A DNA stretch of 64,000 bases from Raja brachyura (Eukaryota): assembly GCA_963514005.1 (NCBI GenBank), contig OY740806.1, forward strand, positions 28,830,001-28,894,000, given 5' to 3'. Of this stretch, positions 50,341-64,000 are shown one piece after another. Each line of letters starts with the position of its first letter. Position 1 is the first letter of the stretch. A program made the translations under genes and the position numbers. The notes below the pieces were generated by a model that was given only the letters and a program-made list of their open reading frames with translations, was not told where the DNA came from and did no database searches.

Positions 50341-51919
50341 ACCTAAAGAGGGGCAATGCAAAGTTACAAATGCCAGAAGAATTAAAATTTGTTCAAAATA
50401 ATTTCCTATGGTCACCATCAAAAGCTTCATGCATGCTGGTGCTAATCCAATGGTAACAGAACATGCTGCAAACATTTGGGAGATTGGCAGCCTCTTCAGA
50501 AACTGAAACAAGTTATAAGTAGAAGAAAAAGTAATAATAGGTTAGTTTTTAATTTAAATGGCAAGGAGAATATCTGTGATCGGGTGAGGAGAGAGTTGCT
50601 ATGGGAATCTGAAGAAGGATCCCAACCCAAAATATCGCCTGTCCATTCCCTCCACAGATGCTGCCTGACCCGTTGAGTTATTCCAGCACTTTATTTCTTT
50701 TTAGTAAACCAGCATCTACAGTTTCTTGTGTCTCCAAGTAGATGTATTGGATTGAGGCAAATTATATTGCAAAGTCATATCTCAACAGCACCTGCAGGAT
50801 GTAATGCCAATGGAGAGAGTCAAAGAATGTTCTCAGAGAACACAGAAAAATAATTGTTTACGTCGGTGTGATAAATAATATTTAAACATCAATTCAGGTT
50901 ACTCATTGCTGCCAACTAAATTGTTACGCTTTTTTTAAATTACTATGAAGTTATTCTATACATCCTCATTAGCGTGTAAATATATGTAAAATTTCTTCCC
51001 TCTGAACAATTTTTACTGTTGTAACTCTCCAGAAATTTGCCCACAATACTGTCCTTTCCATAACCAATTGAAAAGTAAAAGTTTTAGCACAAATTTGAAA
51101 GTTTGGCAATCTGTTTAGCCTTTTCTCTTGTGCAACCGTATATGTACACATTAATTTCACATACGTCAATTGTATTATAACTGGACATGAGAGGGAAGCA
51201 TTTTATACACACAGGAAAAGTGAAAAGCATATTTCTGTAATGTTATACACTCTTTAATGTCTCCCAAAGGAAACAAAAAAATATGAGACTACTGGCTCTA
51301 CAAACATTAAGAAAGCCAACACTCTTGCGGTTTGAATCTGCACACTAGTGTAGGGGAGTGCAGTGCTAATGTTACTAAATGAATAATCCAGAGGCCAGCA
51401 CTAATAGACCTGGGAATGTGAGTTCATATCCCAGCATGGCATTTTGTGAATTTCAAATTGATTTAAAATTCAACAGATAAAATAAAACCAGAACTAGTAA
51501 AATATTGGTCATGAAGTTTATCAAAGTTGTTTAAAAAAAGGGAAAGACATAGTTCATTCATGCCCTTTATAAAAATATTTATCATGTTGGGGGAGTTCAG
51601 ATAAAGTGGTCAGAACTAGCACAGGGACATCTGGGGTAATGTTAACATTTATACAAAGAGTACTAGAAATTTAGAGCACTTGACAGCTGTAGAGCTGCGT
51701 ATTCATTTTAAACCTAATGCAGATACATACTTTTCTTAGACCACGTTACTGAATGTTATAGACCAAGAAGGGTTGATGAAGCATGGTCTAAATGAACTGA
51801 AGAACGTTCCTTCCTTATCCTGTCTGATTAGCCTGTGTCCTGTCGAACTCCTTTACCCAATGACATATCACCGCCTCAGAATCCTATCAGTGATTCGATC
51901 TGTCACTGGATACTCCAGT

Positions 51920-52465
51920 GAACTTGTCGAAAGTATCAGGAATGCTTGCATCATGACCTGGCATGGAAATTTCAGCTCCCAGACCTGTGAGACAGTGGTG
52001 GACTCAGCCTGGCCCATCATGGGCACAGCCCTCCCCACCATCTAAAGCATCTATATGAGGCACTTCCTCATGAAGGTAGCTTCTATCATCAGGCATTCCC
52101 ACCATCTGAGCCATGCCCTCTTCTCACTGCTATCATCAGCCAGGGGTACAGAAGCCTGAAGTCCCACCACATCAGATTCGGGAACAACTATTATCCTGCA
52201 ATCATGAGGTTGTTGAACTGACCTGCACAACCCTAATCCTACCATGACAATGGAATGCTACAGACGATGTCTTCCCCTACTTGGGGGTTTCTAAATGTGT
52301 TTTTCATTAAATACTAATACCAAATTCCTCTGGGAAACACAATTTCAGTTTTTGTGTGTTGTCTGAGACTGAGTTCCTGTGATGCTGCTGCAAGTAAAAT
52401 TTTCATTATACCTGTCCCTCACCATACCTGTGTCTCTGACAATAAACCCGACTTGCCTTGACAGT
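51920..52465 (+). mobile_element. Rex1/Babar 3' fragment
   Basis: ACIMTWHGN, VVDSAWPIMGTALPTI motifs and a gacaataaa tail. Confidence 0.75.
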
Positions 52466-53672
52466 GGCCCACCTCGGTCCAGGAGCAATAAGGGATAGAC
52501 CATGAACGATGGTCTTTCAAGCGATGTTGACATTCCAAAAATGAACCAAAAAAAACAGCATATAAATTCTACGTAGCTCGGTCTGAGGAGAGAAAAATGG
52601 TCATGATTTTTTAAATTAGACTATTGGATCTTGTTTTACATAGTGCAAGTATAAAATATGGCCAGCGAAGAATGTGTGTTTACTGCCATATGCTAGCATT
52701 TAAATAGATAGGCCAGGCCGTGCAGAGTTTTTGACATTTAATAGCAAGGGAACATATTTTTTACTCAAATTGACTGAGTTGGAATGCAGGAATGTTAGCA
52801 GATGCTTCAAATCGGGTCTTTTCCTCTCCTTATAAACCGGACATTTTACTTCAATTAATTCAGACCACAGGTGTCAGTTGGATTTCACGATTGTCAGGGG
52901 ACTCTTTAGTCTGCAGCTTTCTGCGTCTACAATGGCACTGATATAAGCAAGCTGCTCGAGCCAAGGAAACAATTCAGAAGTGATTTACTTAATAAGGACT
53001 GTGTGACATTCCATTTGGGATTTTTCAAAAACGTGCACTTTGCTATTTTGCATTGTAGTAAAATGAAGTTCATCATGGTTTGGCTTGTAAAGCTTTTTTT
53101 TAGTTCTGTCTTTGGACTGGGCTGAAAATTCTGTATGTGAGAACTGGGATTGATGATTTACTAGAATATGGTCCCCATTCATTGAATATTTGAAGGGGCA
53201 AACCGGTTTGGCACGAGAACCTGACTGAAACCCGAATCAAGGATTAGATGAAGAATTACATTTTATAACCCACGGACATATCTCCATGATGCATAATTAG
53301 CTGATTACTCCATTCTCTTTTAACTTTTTTGGTTTCTTTTCTTTCCCTCTATTATTTTCTATCTATATAAAAATTAAAGTTTATATAAAAATATATATAG
53401 AAGTACTATTATTATACAATTGTTAATACAAACAATATTAATAATGTATGACTACAACAAACAAAATGCTTTTTATTATGTATTTACTTCTAATTAAAAA
53501 AATTATTAAAAAAAAAACTGGGATTGATGGAAGTCCTAAGTGCCAGGCTTTCAACTGTAAACAAAGGTTGTAAAAGGTCACATACACTCTGGGTTTGCTA
53601 ATGCTACCTGATATGCAGTAAGATAGAGAGTGGTTTAAATGCATTTGCTAGCATAACTTATCTCATTAAAAA

Positions 53673-53979
53673 GGGCAGGACAGTGGTGCAGTGGGTAGAG
53701 CTGCTGCCTCACAATGTCATAGATCCAGGTTCGATCCTGAGGTTGGGTGTTGTTTATGTGGAGTTTACATGTTCTCCCTGGGTCCTCTTGGGTTTTCTCT
53801 GGGTGCTCCGGTTTCCTCCCACATTCCAAAGACTTGCGGGTTTGCAGGTCAATTGGTCTCTATAAATTGCGCCTAGTGTGTAGGGCGTGGATACGAAATT
53901 GGGATAATGTAGAACTAATGTGGCATGGATTTGGTGGACTGAAGGGCTTGTTTACTTGCTGTATTTCTAAACTAAAACT
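53673..53979 (+). mobile_element. Full-length V-SINE (HE1-like)
   Basis: A-box tggtgcagtggg, B-box ggttcgatcc, V-domain gggttttctctgggtgctccggtttcctcccacattccaaagac, CR1-derived tail with (ctaaa)n. Confidence 0.9.
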
Positions 53980-55689
53980 CCTTACCATTTGGATTCCAAT
54001 GTTTCCCAAGCATGTCATGTCTTACAGAAGCAATTTACCACCAATGTGACCTGTTCGACAATAGATAGCATAGCAAGATTCTAATTCAAAGGAGCTGCCA
54101 CTGGTATAATGACCCCCAAAAAATGACTCTGTTATAAAATCCTGATGGGGACATTTCACAATGATAAAACCAAAAGCTATAATTTTCAACAGGTCGGGTA
54201 ATAACAATGGAGTATGAAATTCATAGGTGATGTTTCCAGTCAATGACTTTTTACCCAAAATGGGGAAAGTTAGAAATAAGTTGCAGGAAAAGGGAGAATG
54301 GGAGGAATGATTAGTTCTGTCATTTGGTGGAATGCCAAATAGTCCAATTGATGAAAGGGATGATGGAGCAAGTTAAAGTAGCAAAGGGACAAGCAAAGAA
54401 ACATAAAATGGGTGCAGAGGAGGTGTAAATGGGAACATCATGCTAAAATTGTTGAATGCAGATGCTGCAATACGCAAATTTGGTCCGCTTGACCTCTGGG
54501 TCTGAGAGGTTGAAGCAGGGAAGAAAATGAAATGACAAACAAAAGTTCCCAAGCACCACTTCACAGTGATCTTCAGGAATAGATTACTTGGATTAGGAGT
54601 CCAATTTTCCACTGATTCCATTCATGAGCAATTGGATTTTTTTTTTTTTTTTTGTTTTTTCCTCATTAGAAAGGAAAACAATTTGGTTTAATAATTATCA
54701 TCTTGCTTCTCTGCTATACCTTCAGTAGAGAGGTGATGTTTGTGCTCATAACTGAAGACTGCAAATGTTACGTTGCAACCAAAATTACCTTGCAACTTTC
54801 TTTTAGATCCCTGCTGTTTGATAAAAGTTGGTTTGCTATAAAAATATAACACGAGTAAGTGTGGATCTTAATTTAATAATTGATACATAAGTTTATCCTG
54901 ACTATTTGACGTATTTTCAGATTATTTTCTCACTGGAAACAAGCTAATAATATCTGAAAATATTTTTAGCTTCAGGATGTTTTACATGGCTAAAGATCTA
55001 AGTTGAAAAAGAAAAATGAAAAACAAGCTAATAATTTCTACAAATATTTTGAGATTTAAGATATTTAATGTGGATAAAAATCTGAGAAGGAGAAATGAAA
55101 TCCTCCCATCCCTTTTATCCATCGGTGTCAATGGTGGAACAAAACTTCTCTCAAACCAAACTAAACCACATGGATCACATGCAGTAGTCTTGCTGCTACC
55201 TACGTATTGTGTAGATTATCTTGGACTCTTGTAAAATTATTCCATAAATTGTGGCTATAGTATTTGTAAATCAGGATTGCAGGAAGTGTCCACAGAAAAA
55301 GAACCAGAGGCTACTTTCAATGACCTGAATAATGTAATAGATGCTGTCTGAATATTTCCAGCATTTTCAGCTTTATTTCGGATATCTAGCATCTGCATTA
55401 TTTTGCTTTTTAATCTGCTTGGTCGTCTAAGACATCATCTTGATTTGGCTAGAGTTCTGAATTCAGATGATGCAAAAACCTACCCAAACAATACGTCGAG
55501 AGATAGTGTATAGAGATAGTCGATATTTTGGTTTCTGTTGCAGGGTTACGACCTGAAACAGAATCATTACTTTCCTTCTACAGATACTGACTGACCCTCT
55601 GAGTTCCTCCAGATTCCAGCATCTGCAGTCTATTGTGTCTCCCGATAAATAACATTTAAATGAGCTATAACTTCCTGATCTTCAAATGT

Positions 55690-56070
55690 TATAGGATTTT
55701 GGCCATTCGGCCATCAAGTTTACTCCATCATTCAATCATGGTTCATTTATCTTTCCCTCTCAACCCCATTCCCCTGCCTTTTCCCCATAACCCCTGACAT
55801 CCTTACTAATCAAAAATGTGTCAATCTCTGCCTGAAAAATAACCATTGACTTGGCCTCTACAGCTGTCTGTGGCAATGAATTCCACAGAATCACTACCCC
55901 CTGATTAAATAAATTCCTCATCTCCTTTCAAAAGTTACATCCTTTTATTCTGAGTCTATGGATTCTGGTCCTAGACTCTCCCACCAGTGGAAACATCCTC
56001 TCCATATTTACTCTATCCAGGCCTCTCACTTTTCACTAAGTTTCAATGAGGTCCCCCCGTCATCTTCTAA
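55690..56070 (-). mobile_element. CR1/HER1-like 3' fragment
   Basis: Reverse complement of the CR1 C-terminus and 3'UTR seen elsewhere in the window. Confidence 0.8.
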
Positions 56071-56794
56071 ATAATGTACACCATAATAATGTGCTTTATC
56101 TATGCATTTCACAGGGCAAGTAGACTGCACTTGCCTCTGCTTCTCATTATCCTGAATATATATCTGGGTGGCTGAAAATGTATATCTTGAAGAGCGAACA
56201 GAGTGTAACAGGCTCACACTGGGATGCTGGGGTCAATTATGACCCATTTCAGATGACTTGCATGTGTCTTGGCTACGCAGCAGTGTGGAAGCACGCACAT
56301 AATCTGATACAAAATGTACTAAACTTGCAGACAGGTCTCAACCTTGCATTTCGATCATCCTTCCCCAGACATTTTCGTAATTAAATATGTTGTCATTTTC
56401 TTTGCTACTGCCAAATAAAAAGGATCTTATTGAACTGGATGTCTGTGGAAGCACATTGCTCAGAATCTGGCTTTAGCTCAAGAGTTTGGAGAACATCTTT
56501 TGCTAAATAGTAGGGTCTTGCGCCACAACCATTGTATTAATCCATTAACCCATGGTTCTTCTAGATTTCTATTAGAGCATAATTGGACAAAATTAGAAAA
56601 ATTACTTTGCAATGAGTTTTTTAAAATAATCTAAGATAATCTAGTCATGGAGTTGTACATCTTGGAAAGAGGCCCTTCAGCCTAATTTGCTCACGCCAAT
56701 TTAATTGTATAATCCAACTGGACATTATTTGTAATTTGATTTATATTTTTTCCTTTTGTATGTTTAAGATAATATTAATTCCTCTTAAAACGGT

Positions 56795-57075
56795 GTATCA
56801 AATCATGAGGGTAATTCTTTGGGTGAATGGACAAAGTATTTTACTCAGGGTAGAGTAGATTTAATAAGAATCTAAGGGGCATGATTTTCACTCAGAATTC
56901 AGGTACAACAGCGTTTGAAAAATTCTTGGACAGCTACATGGATAGGAAAGGTTTAGAAGGATATGGACCAAATACGGGCAAATGGACTTAGCTTAGATGG
57001 AACATCTTGATCGACATGGATGAGTTAGGCTGAAGGGCCTGTTTCCGTGCTGATTAATTCTATAATTCTGTGACA
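56795..57075 (+). mobile_element. CR1/HER1-like 3' fragment
   Basis: LDSYMDRKGLEGYGPN and gctgaagggcctgtttcc. Confidence 0.8.
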
Positions 57076-58334
57076 TGAGGGAATTACAGGTTAAGGGCTA
57101 CATACATGGAGGGGTGGAAAGAGACTATTGGAATGTATGGTCGGCATGGACTCGGAGGGTCAAGTAGCTTCTTCTTGTTCTGTATTACACAATCCAAACA
57201 CCAAGATTTGATCCAACCAGCACAGTTATACTCTAGATTATTTTCTCTATCGAGTTAATTCTTCTCCAGCTCTGACTGGAGAAGAAGTTCACTTTGACCG
57301 TGTATCGGTAGTGTCCTTGCTGTATCATGGATACAAGGAACTGCAGATGCTGGTTTACAAAAAAGACACAAAGTGCTGGAGTAACTCAGCAGGTCTTGCA
57401 GCTTCTCTGGAGAACATAGATCTTCTATGGATTTTGTCTTTAGTCGCACCAAGTAATTTTTTTCACTATTACCATAACCTAATATTACTGTTATTAATTT
57501 GATGCACTTTTGATTTGTATATATTATCTGTGTTACACTATTTACAGGCGTGTGGATCTGCAGCAAGTAAGAATAGTATTGTTCCATTGTCGGCACGTAT
57601 GACAATTAAACACTCTTGAAACCTAAGTGCCAACTATTACAGCTGATGCATTTATTCTAACAGCAAGCCCCCTTTAGAACAACAGCTGCCACGTAAATCT
57701 CATCTTTCAGCTCAGACCCTGTAAAACAAGACTGTTCTTTGGCTTTGTTGCGTAAGGAGTGGAGCTGACTGACGGAGATACCGTTATCAATGAAGAGGGC
57801 TGGTGATCACAGACCAGATATCACAGCAGTATTAAATGCAGACCTGCGCCTCCTGGCGTCATTGGTGACGCTACAGAGTGGGGTCACGCGGATTCTTTGG
57901 ATGATTGACGTTGTTACTATCGAGCAAGGGGAATGTGTTGGATGTTTGTGAATCAGGCAGGCAGCTCAAATTCAACTGTGTAGCGATGCACAGAACATTT
58001 AGAGCTATCACAGGAGCCTCCAGCTCATTAGGTGCCAGACGTACCTTCCCACATTACAGCGCAATAACATCAATAAGCCGAAAGCGGACTTCATTGATCA
58101 CAAACATTATCCACCTCTTCAGCACCACTGATCGGAGGTGCAATTTCTTCTTTTATAGTGATGAAGTACAGCAAAGTCAATGTCGAGTTAAGTTTATTAT
58201 TGTCATATGCACTGAGGTACAGTAAAAAGTTTGTCTGTGCATGGTATCCAATGCATGTCCTTATTGATGCAACAGGTCAAAAGGAAATAATGAAATATTT
58301 GGAAATTTAGTTTATCGAAAGACAAAGGGAAGGG

Positions 58335-58960
58335 AGGCATAAGAATCTACAGATGCTGGAATCTTAAGCAAAGCACAAAGTACTGGAAGAACTCAGCGGG
58401 TCAGGTAGCAACGTCAATGATTCCTTCTCTCCAGAGATGCTGCCTGTGCCGCTGAGTTACTCCAGCTTTTTGTGTCTAGCATCTGGGGAGGGAATGGACA
58501 GGTGACATTTCTTTAGACTATGAGACTAGGGCAGAACATGGTCGGAGACCAGCAGTCCTCTTGACCTGTTACATCAATTAGGGTTCATCAATAAAGGCTC
58601 AATTGACTACATCAAACCAGGTGTGATTGAGAAATATCTCGGGTTAATTCCTGGAATGGATAATAGGTGCTCCAAGTTCAAGAAATGGTTCAGTTTCATG
58701 GGAGCAAAGGTGAAACAATGACAGCAATCACCGAGGGGGAGCAAAGAGAGGCTCTCATTGAACTCCCCTTGGAGAGAGGAGGGTGAACTTCTTCAAGCTT
58801 CTCCCTCCCTTCTTTGAAGGATTATCACAGTGGAGCAGTAAAATAGGGACACAGATGCTGGAACCTCAAGCGAAGTGCTGGAGGAACTCAGCAGGTCAGG
58901 CAACAGCTATGGAAGGAATGGACAGATGATGTTTTGGTTCAGGATCCTTCTTCAGTCTCT
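58335..58960. mobile_element. Cluster of short Penelope-derived pieces in both orientations
   Basis: cagatgctggaa..ggaactcagc units at about 58345 and 58850, with an oppositely oriented piece nested at about 58415-58478. Confidence 0.7.
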
Positions 58961-59687
58961 TAGGTGGTGAGAGGTGTGGATTAGGAAGGTTAATTGTGAT
59001 AGATGAGAAAATCCATTGAGCTAGAATGAGATTCCAGTTTGGCAGTTTCTGTTCCCAATTACTGGAATATAGCGAAAGAAGAAATCAATTTATTGGCTGT
59101 TCACCAAGAATGCATTAGTTTGTGGCAAGATGACAAGATCTTTCCAGCGAGTTGTTGTGATGATTCTTTGCGTGGAGCCAGCTGAGTGCTGTTGACGGTC
59201 ACAGGAAGGTCCAGCAATGGGTGGGAGATTTCAGCAGCAACAGCTGCAGCCCTCTTCACAGCTGTTAACGTCTGCACGTATACTAAAGCAACAGCAGTCC
59301 AAGGAGACGATGGAACAAACCAAACACATGCAATGGAGAAAGGTCAGTTGAGATCCGTGGCCACAGAAGAGCAACACTTTGCACTGAGCACTTTGTCCAC
59401 CATTTCAAACCAGCTGAACTCTAGGATCTAGTCTCAAATTCAGCCAAACTGTTAAAGGTTACTTGTTGAGACGCAAGAAACTGCAGATGCTGGAATCTTG
59501 AGCAAAAACAGGCAATACAGTATCTGTGGAAGGAATGGGCAAACACATTTTTTCAGGTCAGGACTCTTCTTAAGAAGAGTTCTGCCCAAACTTCATCTAG
59601 CTGTTCCCTCCACTGGACTGCCTGACCTGTTGAGTTACTCCAAAGTTTCCTTCGAGCAATTAACCATCTGGATACATTGACATTAAA

Positions 59688-61310
59688 GTCATAGAATAAT
59701 ACAGTGTGGAAACAGGCTCATAGGCCCAACTCGTCCATGTCGACCAACATGCCCATCTACACTTGTCCCACCTGCCTGCGTTTGGCCCATATCCCTCTGA
59801 ACCTATCCTATCCTTATTCTCAAAGCTGATAATACATTTTTCTCATAACCCTGTAATTTTCAAAAAGGAGTTTTCTGGTCTTGTATGCCACTTTTAAATG
59901 TATTTTGTTATTCAGTTTGTTAATGGTGAATTTCAAATGTTACTTTTCTGATTGATGTTGGTACTGTAGCTTGTGAAGAGAATAGCAGCAAGATGGAAAG
60001 CACTGAGACTAACCAGCAGGTTGCCACGAAATCGTGTCAATCGACCATCCAGTAAGTAACAAAGTCGATTTTAGAACTATAGTGTCAGAATAACCCTGCT
60101 GATGTCAATGTCCATTCATAACACTTCTAATTATTTATAAACATAGCTGGTTATTTTGGTGTTGACACTTGTGGTGTCACGAGGAGAGTTTGAATATCTA
60201 AATTAGTGGACTGAGAATAACATCTGTCCGAGGGAATCGTGAGAATCTATTACGGAATATGTTATAGCAGGACACTCAAGCATAGTCAAGGTAACCAGGC
60301 AAATGCATAGGACCATACAAAATGGATACATATCCTTCAGCTCAACTCATCCATGCTGAACAAGATGCCCCATCCAATGTAGTCCCATTTGCCCGCGCTT
60401 GGCCCAAATCTCTCTAAAGCTTCCCTATCCATGTACCAACCCAAATGTCTTTTAAATCTTATCATTCCTGTCTCAACCATTTCCTCAGGCAACGTGTTCT
60501 ATATGCCCACCACCCTCTGTGTAAAAAGGTTGCCCCCTCTCACTTTAAACTGGCGTGCTCTAATTCTTGATTTCCCTAACCTTGGTAAAATACTCTTTTC
60601 ACCCTATCATTATTCATATATTCCAATAGTGCCGCATTCCAATAGTCCCTTTCCCCCCCTCTATGTCTGTAACCCTTCAAGTTTAATTCCCTCAAGTCAC
60701 AGAATCACCGAGTCATACAGCACAGAAACAGGCCCTTTGCTCCAATTCGTCCATGTCGACCTAGATGCTCCATCTAAGCTAGTCCCTTGTGCCCGCACTT
60801 AGTCCATATCCCTCCAAACCTTTCCTATCCATGTACCTGGCCAAGAGACGTTTAAATATTGTTATTGTACCTGCCTCAACTCTCTTCTCTGGCAGCTCAT
60901 TCTATATATCCGCCACCATCTGTGTGAAAAAAGTTGCCCCTCAGGTTTGTATTAAATCAAAGCCGAAATTCGTCCTCATCTCCTTTCTAAAAGAGCGTCC
61001 TTTAATTCTGAGGCTATGACCTCTAGTCCTGGACTCTCCCACTAGTGGAAATATCTTCTCCACGTCTACTCTATCCAAGCCTTTCGCTATTCTTGACATT
61101 TCAATGAGGTCCCCCTTCATTCTTTAAAACTCCAGTGAGTACAGGCCCAGTGCTGACAAACGCTCTTTAATAATAGCTAGCAGGTCCTGGCAAATCCTCG
61201 TAAATCTTCCCTGCACTCTTTCCATCTGAATGGTATCTTTCCCTCAGCAAGTTGATCAAATCTGAACACAACAATCCAAGTGCACTCTCGCCAACATTTT
61301 GTACAGCTGT
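59688..61310 (-). mobile_element. Several minus-strand CR1/HER1-like 3' fragments
   Basis: Repeated acaggccc..gtccatg..cctttcctatccatgtacc units at about 59690, 60310 and 60700, separated by other sequence. Confidence 0.75.
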
Positions 61311-62629
61311 AAACTAACTAACACAATTTCAACATAGCTTTGTGAAAGGGAAAACATATTTGAATAACTTACTGAAATTTCCTAATGAAGCTACTTCTGC
61401 TCTAGATGCAAGGAGCAGTTGCTGCAGGGTGCAGAAAACTATTTATGATCAGGAGCTAACATTAGTCTGAATAGAATATCGAACATAGAAGAGTAGCGGC
61501 CAAGAAGGGGCTCATCAAGCCACAATGTTTGTGCTGACCGTGATGCCTATTTGAACTGTTCAGGAAGGGGGGGGGGGGGGAAGGTGAAATCTGTAGTTTC
61601 TTGTTATTATGTAAGTTGAATTGCAATTGGATTGCCACATTTCAGAGAGAATACTTTGAATCGTTGGATCAATTCCAACCATGGGCCTGTCCAGAATTAA
61701 AGATTGCTGTTCAGGCAGTTCACAAATATCCTCTCACAGAACATAAATAACAGATATCTGCTATCAACATACTCGATTCCCACATTTGCTCATAGGAACA
61801 CAAGGTCACAAATAGCCTACAACAGTTCTGCAAGGAACCCCTGATGTGATGAGGTGCTATTTATCGTATTTGGGGAACATTTACTGAAATAAATATTTCA
61901 ACAGTTCACCGAGACAACATCTCTCCTCCACAGGAACCCAGTGCAGCGAAGGGTTTGGACACTGGGTGGATGGAAGGTATTTTCATGTCAAGAGTGTTTT
62001 ATTGTCATATGTCCCAAATAGAACAATGAAATTCTTACTTGCAGCAGCACAACAGAATAATGTATACATAGTAATCTGTAAACAGTAAATTAAATGAAAA
62101 GAAGTTTGGAGGTGTTCCGCAATCAGGACGTCATTTCTGGAAAGTTCCAATGATAATAATGTCCAGGAGACGCCAAGAGATAGAGAACACTGTTTTGCGG
62201 ACTAATGAAAAATAACACACATGCTTGTGTCATGTGCAGGATGATATTGCTGTAATCAAATGGCTTACTTACATTCTTACATAAATATTTGCTACACTCG
62301 ACACATATCCAGAGCAATTCCAGGTTCGGTCTGTTAGCATGCTTTCAGATGCCTGGATCTTATTAACTATGTTTGGGTCTTTGATGTTGTTTATGATATG
62401 TTCTTAGTCTGGAGATTGATAGAACGTAAGACAGAACAGCACACAAACAGCACTCTTTACGCTCGACCATGTAGATAAGTTAAACTGTAGGTCTGCCTGC
62501 ACGTAGTCTATATTCCTCCATTCCCTGCCGGTTCATGTGTCTGTCTAAATGCTTCTTCACCTGAGTGACATCCTGACTTAAGACACTGTTCATCAACTGT
62601 TTTTGACATGGTACAGTCATAGAATCACA

Positions 62630-63145
62630 GAGCTCCTGGGATGCCCCGCGATGGCAAAAGGCTCCTGGAACCCGTCCAGGAGAAGTTGGTGGCCGGACGA
62701 AGGAAAACCCAGCAGGCCGTGGCCAGTAGGGGGTGCCGCTGAGCTCTCCACGGACACGGGCAAGGCTCGCCGCCATGAAGGAGGGAAGATCTGGCGGGCC
62801 ACAAGCTGCAGGGGGGAAGCCGAGCTGGGCACTGAAGACTGGAGAGCCGAGGATGAGGGAGCCGCTGACGACGCAGGAGGCATCCCCGGGACACAAAAGC
62901 GGTCGGGCGAGGAGAAGGATGTCAGTTGGAGGGCCGAGTCTGTCGAGGGAGATGGAGGAGGACCAGCAGCAGCCTGGGGCCTACCTGGATCAGGAGCCGC
63001 TCCAGTACATTGGGCGCATGGGCCAGACTTTGGACTTTTTTGTAAATTACACCAAAATATGGGGACTCGTACATGTGTGATCTTTGCAAAAAGAATTTCA
63101 TTGTGCAGTGCGCACATGACATTAAAGCACTATTGAACCATTGAA
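62630..63145 (+). mobile_element. GC-rich non-autonomous element with Rex-like tail
   Basis: GC-rich body ending atttcattgtgcagtgcgcacatgacattaaa plus (attgaacc)n. Confidence 0.65.
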
Positions 63146-63687
63146 ATCCTTCTAAACCTTTCTTATCCGTGTACCTGTCCAAATGTCTTTTAAATGCTGT
63201 TATAGTTTCTGCCTCAACTACCTCCTCTGGCAGTGCGTTCCATATACCCACTGTCCTTTCCTATTTCACTTTTCCTACCAAAATGGAGAAATTCACATTA
63301 GCCGCGTTGTTCTCCATTAGCCACTAGCTAACTGTATCTGTTGTAACCTCCTTGGGTTCTCTTCACATTTTACTTCCCCACCTAATGTTGCGCCATCAGC
63401 AAATTTAGCAGCCACACCATTAGTGACTATCCAAGCATTTATGTAAATTGTTAAAAGTTGGGTTGGCTCGCCACTCGTCACATCTAGTGCTCACGTGTTT
63501 CCTGTTAGCCAGCCTATCTCCTATTCCTCTCGTAAAAGAGTTTATAAAATTATGACAGGCACAGATAGTGCAGACAGTCAGAACCTTTCTCTTTGGGTGG
63601 AAATGTCCAAGACTAGAGGGTATAGCTACGTGGTGAGAGGGGGGAACTTTTAATGGAGATATACTGGGCAAGTTTTGAACAAAACGT

Positions 63688-63962
63688 CAGCACAGTAGCG
63701 CATCAGTATAGTTGTTGCCTTCCAGCGCCAGAGACCTGGATTCGATCTGACTATGGGTGCTGTCTCTACGGAGTTTGTACGTTCTTCCTGTAACTGCGTT
63801 GGTTTCTCTTGGTGCCCTGGTTTTCCAAGGACATGCAGGTTTGTAGATTAATTGGTTTCTACCCGCAAATTGCCCGCAGTGTCTACAATAGAACTAGTGT
63901 ATGGCTGATCAATGGTCGGCTGGGACTTGGTGGGCCGAAGGGCCTGTTTCCACGCTGTATCT
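63688..63962 (+). mobile_element. V-SINE (HE1-like) nested in a CR1 fragment
   Basis: gcacagtagcgca..gcctt..cagcgccagagacc..ttcgat head and a gggccgaagggcctgtttcc tail. Confidence 0.8.
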
Positions 63963-64000
63963 GGGGGCCTGGAATGCATTGTTGGGGATGGTGGTGGATA

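Noticed and set aside
53673-53745. tRNA gene
   Set aside because: The A/B boxes are the head of a V-SINE, followed by a V-domain and LINE tail. No complete cloverleaf.
59186-59431. 81-aa ORF in unique sequence
   Set aside because: Non-ATG start, no domain, and no convincing splice sites.
62480-63136. Stack of 89-177 aa ORFs on both strands
   Set aside because: GC-rich non-autonomous repeat giving low-complexity peptides.
1-64000. CRISPR array, operon or other prokaryotic or viral system
   Set aside because: No regularly spaced repeat-spacer array and no long ORFs. The sequence is spliced vertebrate DNA.

Overview
Vertebrate nuclear DNA, AT-rich and dense in repeats. The repeat set (HER1/CR1-type LINEs, HE1-like V-SINEs, Rex1/Babar, Penelope-like elements, a Deu-domain SINE) suggests a cartilaginous fish, probably a skate or ray; this is inference. 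The only host gene I can support is the 3' end of SNX19 (sorting nexin 19) on the + strand. Three spliced coding exons (29384-29568, 36216-36303, 45200-45323) join in frame, encode the C-terminal PXC/Nexin_C region and end at TGA 45321-45323. None appears in the ORF track. No upstream SNX19 exon was recognised, so 1-29383 is probably one long intron, and about 50-64 kb is probably downstream intergenic DNA. Most listed ORFs are transposon debris or chance. Most notable observations: (1) short Penelope-derived elements carrying a minimal type I hammerhead-ribozyme core, two of them as ~95-bp-arm fold-back palindromes inside SNX19 introns, one nested in a Harbinger-type MITE; (2) a consensus splice donor 1 nt after the SNX19 stop codon, suggesting a 3'UTR intron; (3) a Vingi/Ingi-like LINE fragment fused at its 5' truncation point to an inverted 148-bp copy of nearby DNA; (4) GC-rich non-autonomous elements using Rex1-type 3' tails. 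I found no unambiguous new protein-coding system. Repeat family names come from recalled motifs rather than database searches, and most repeat boundaries are approximate.
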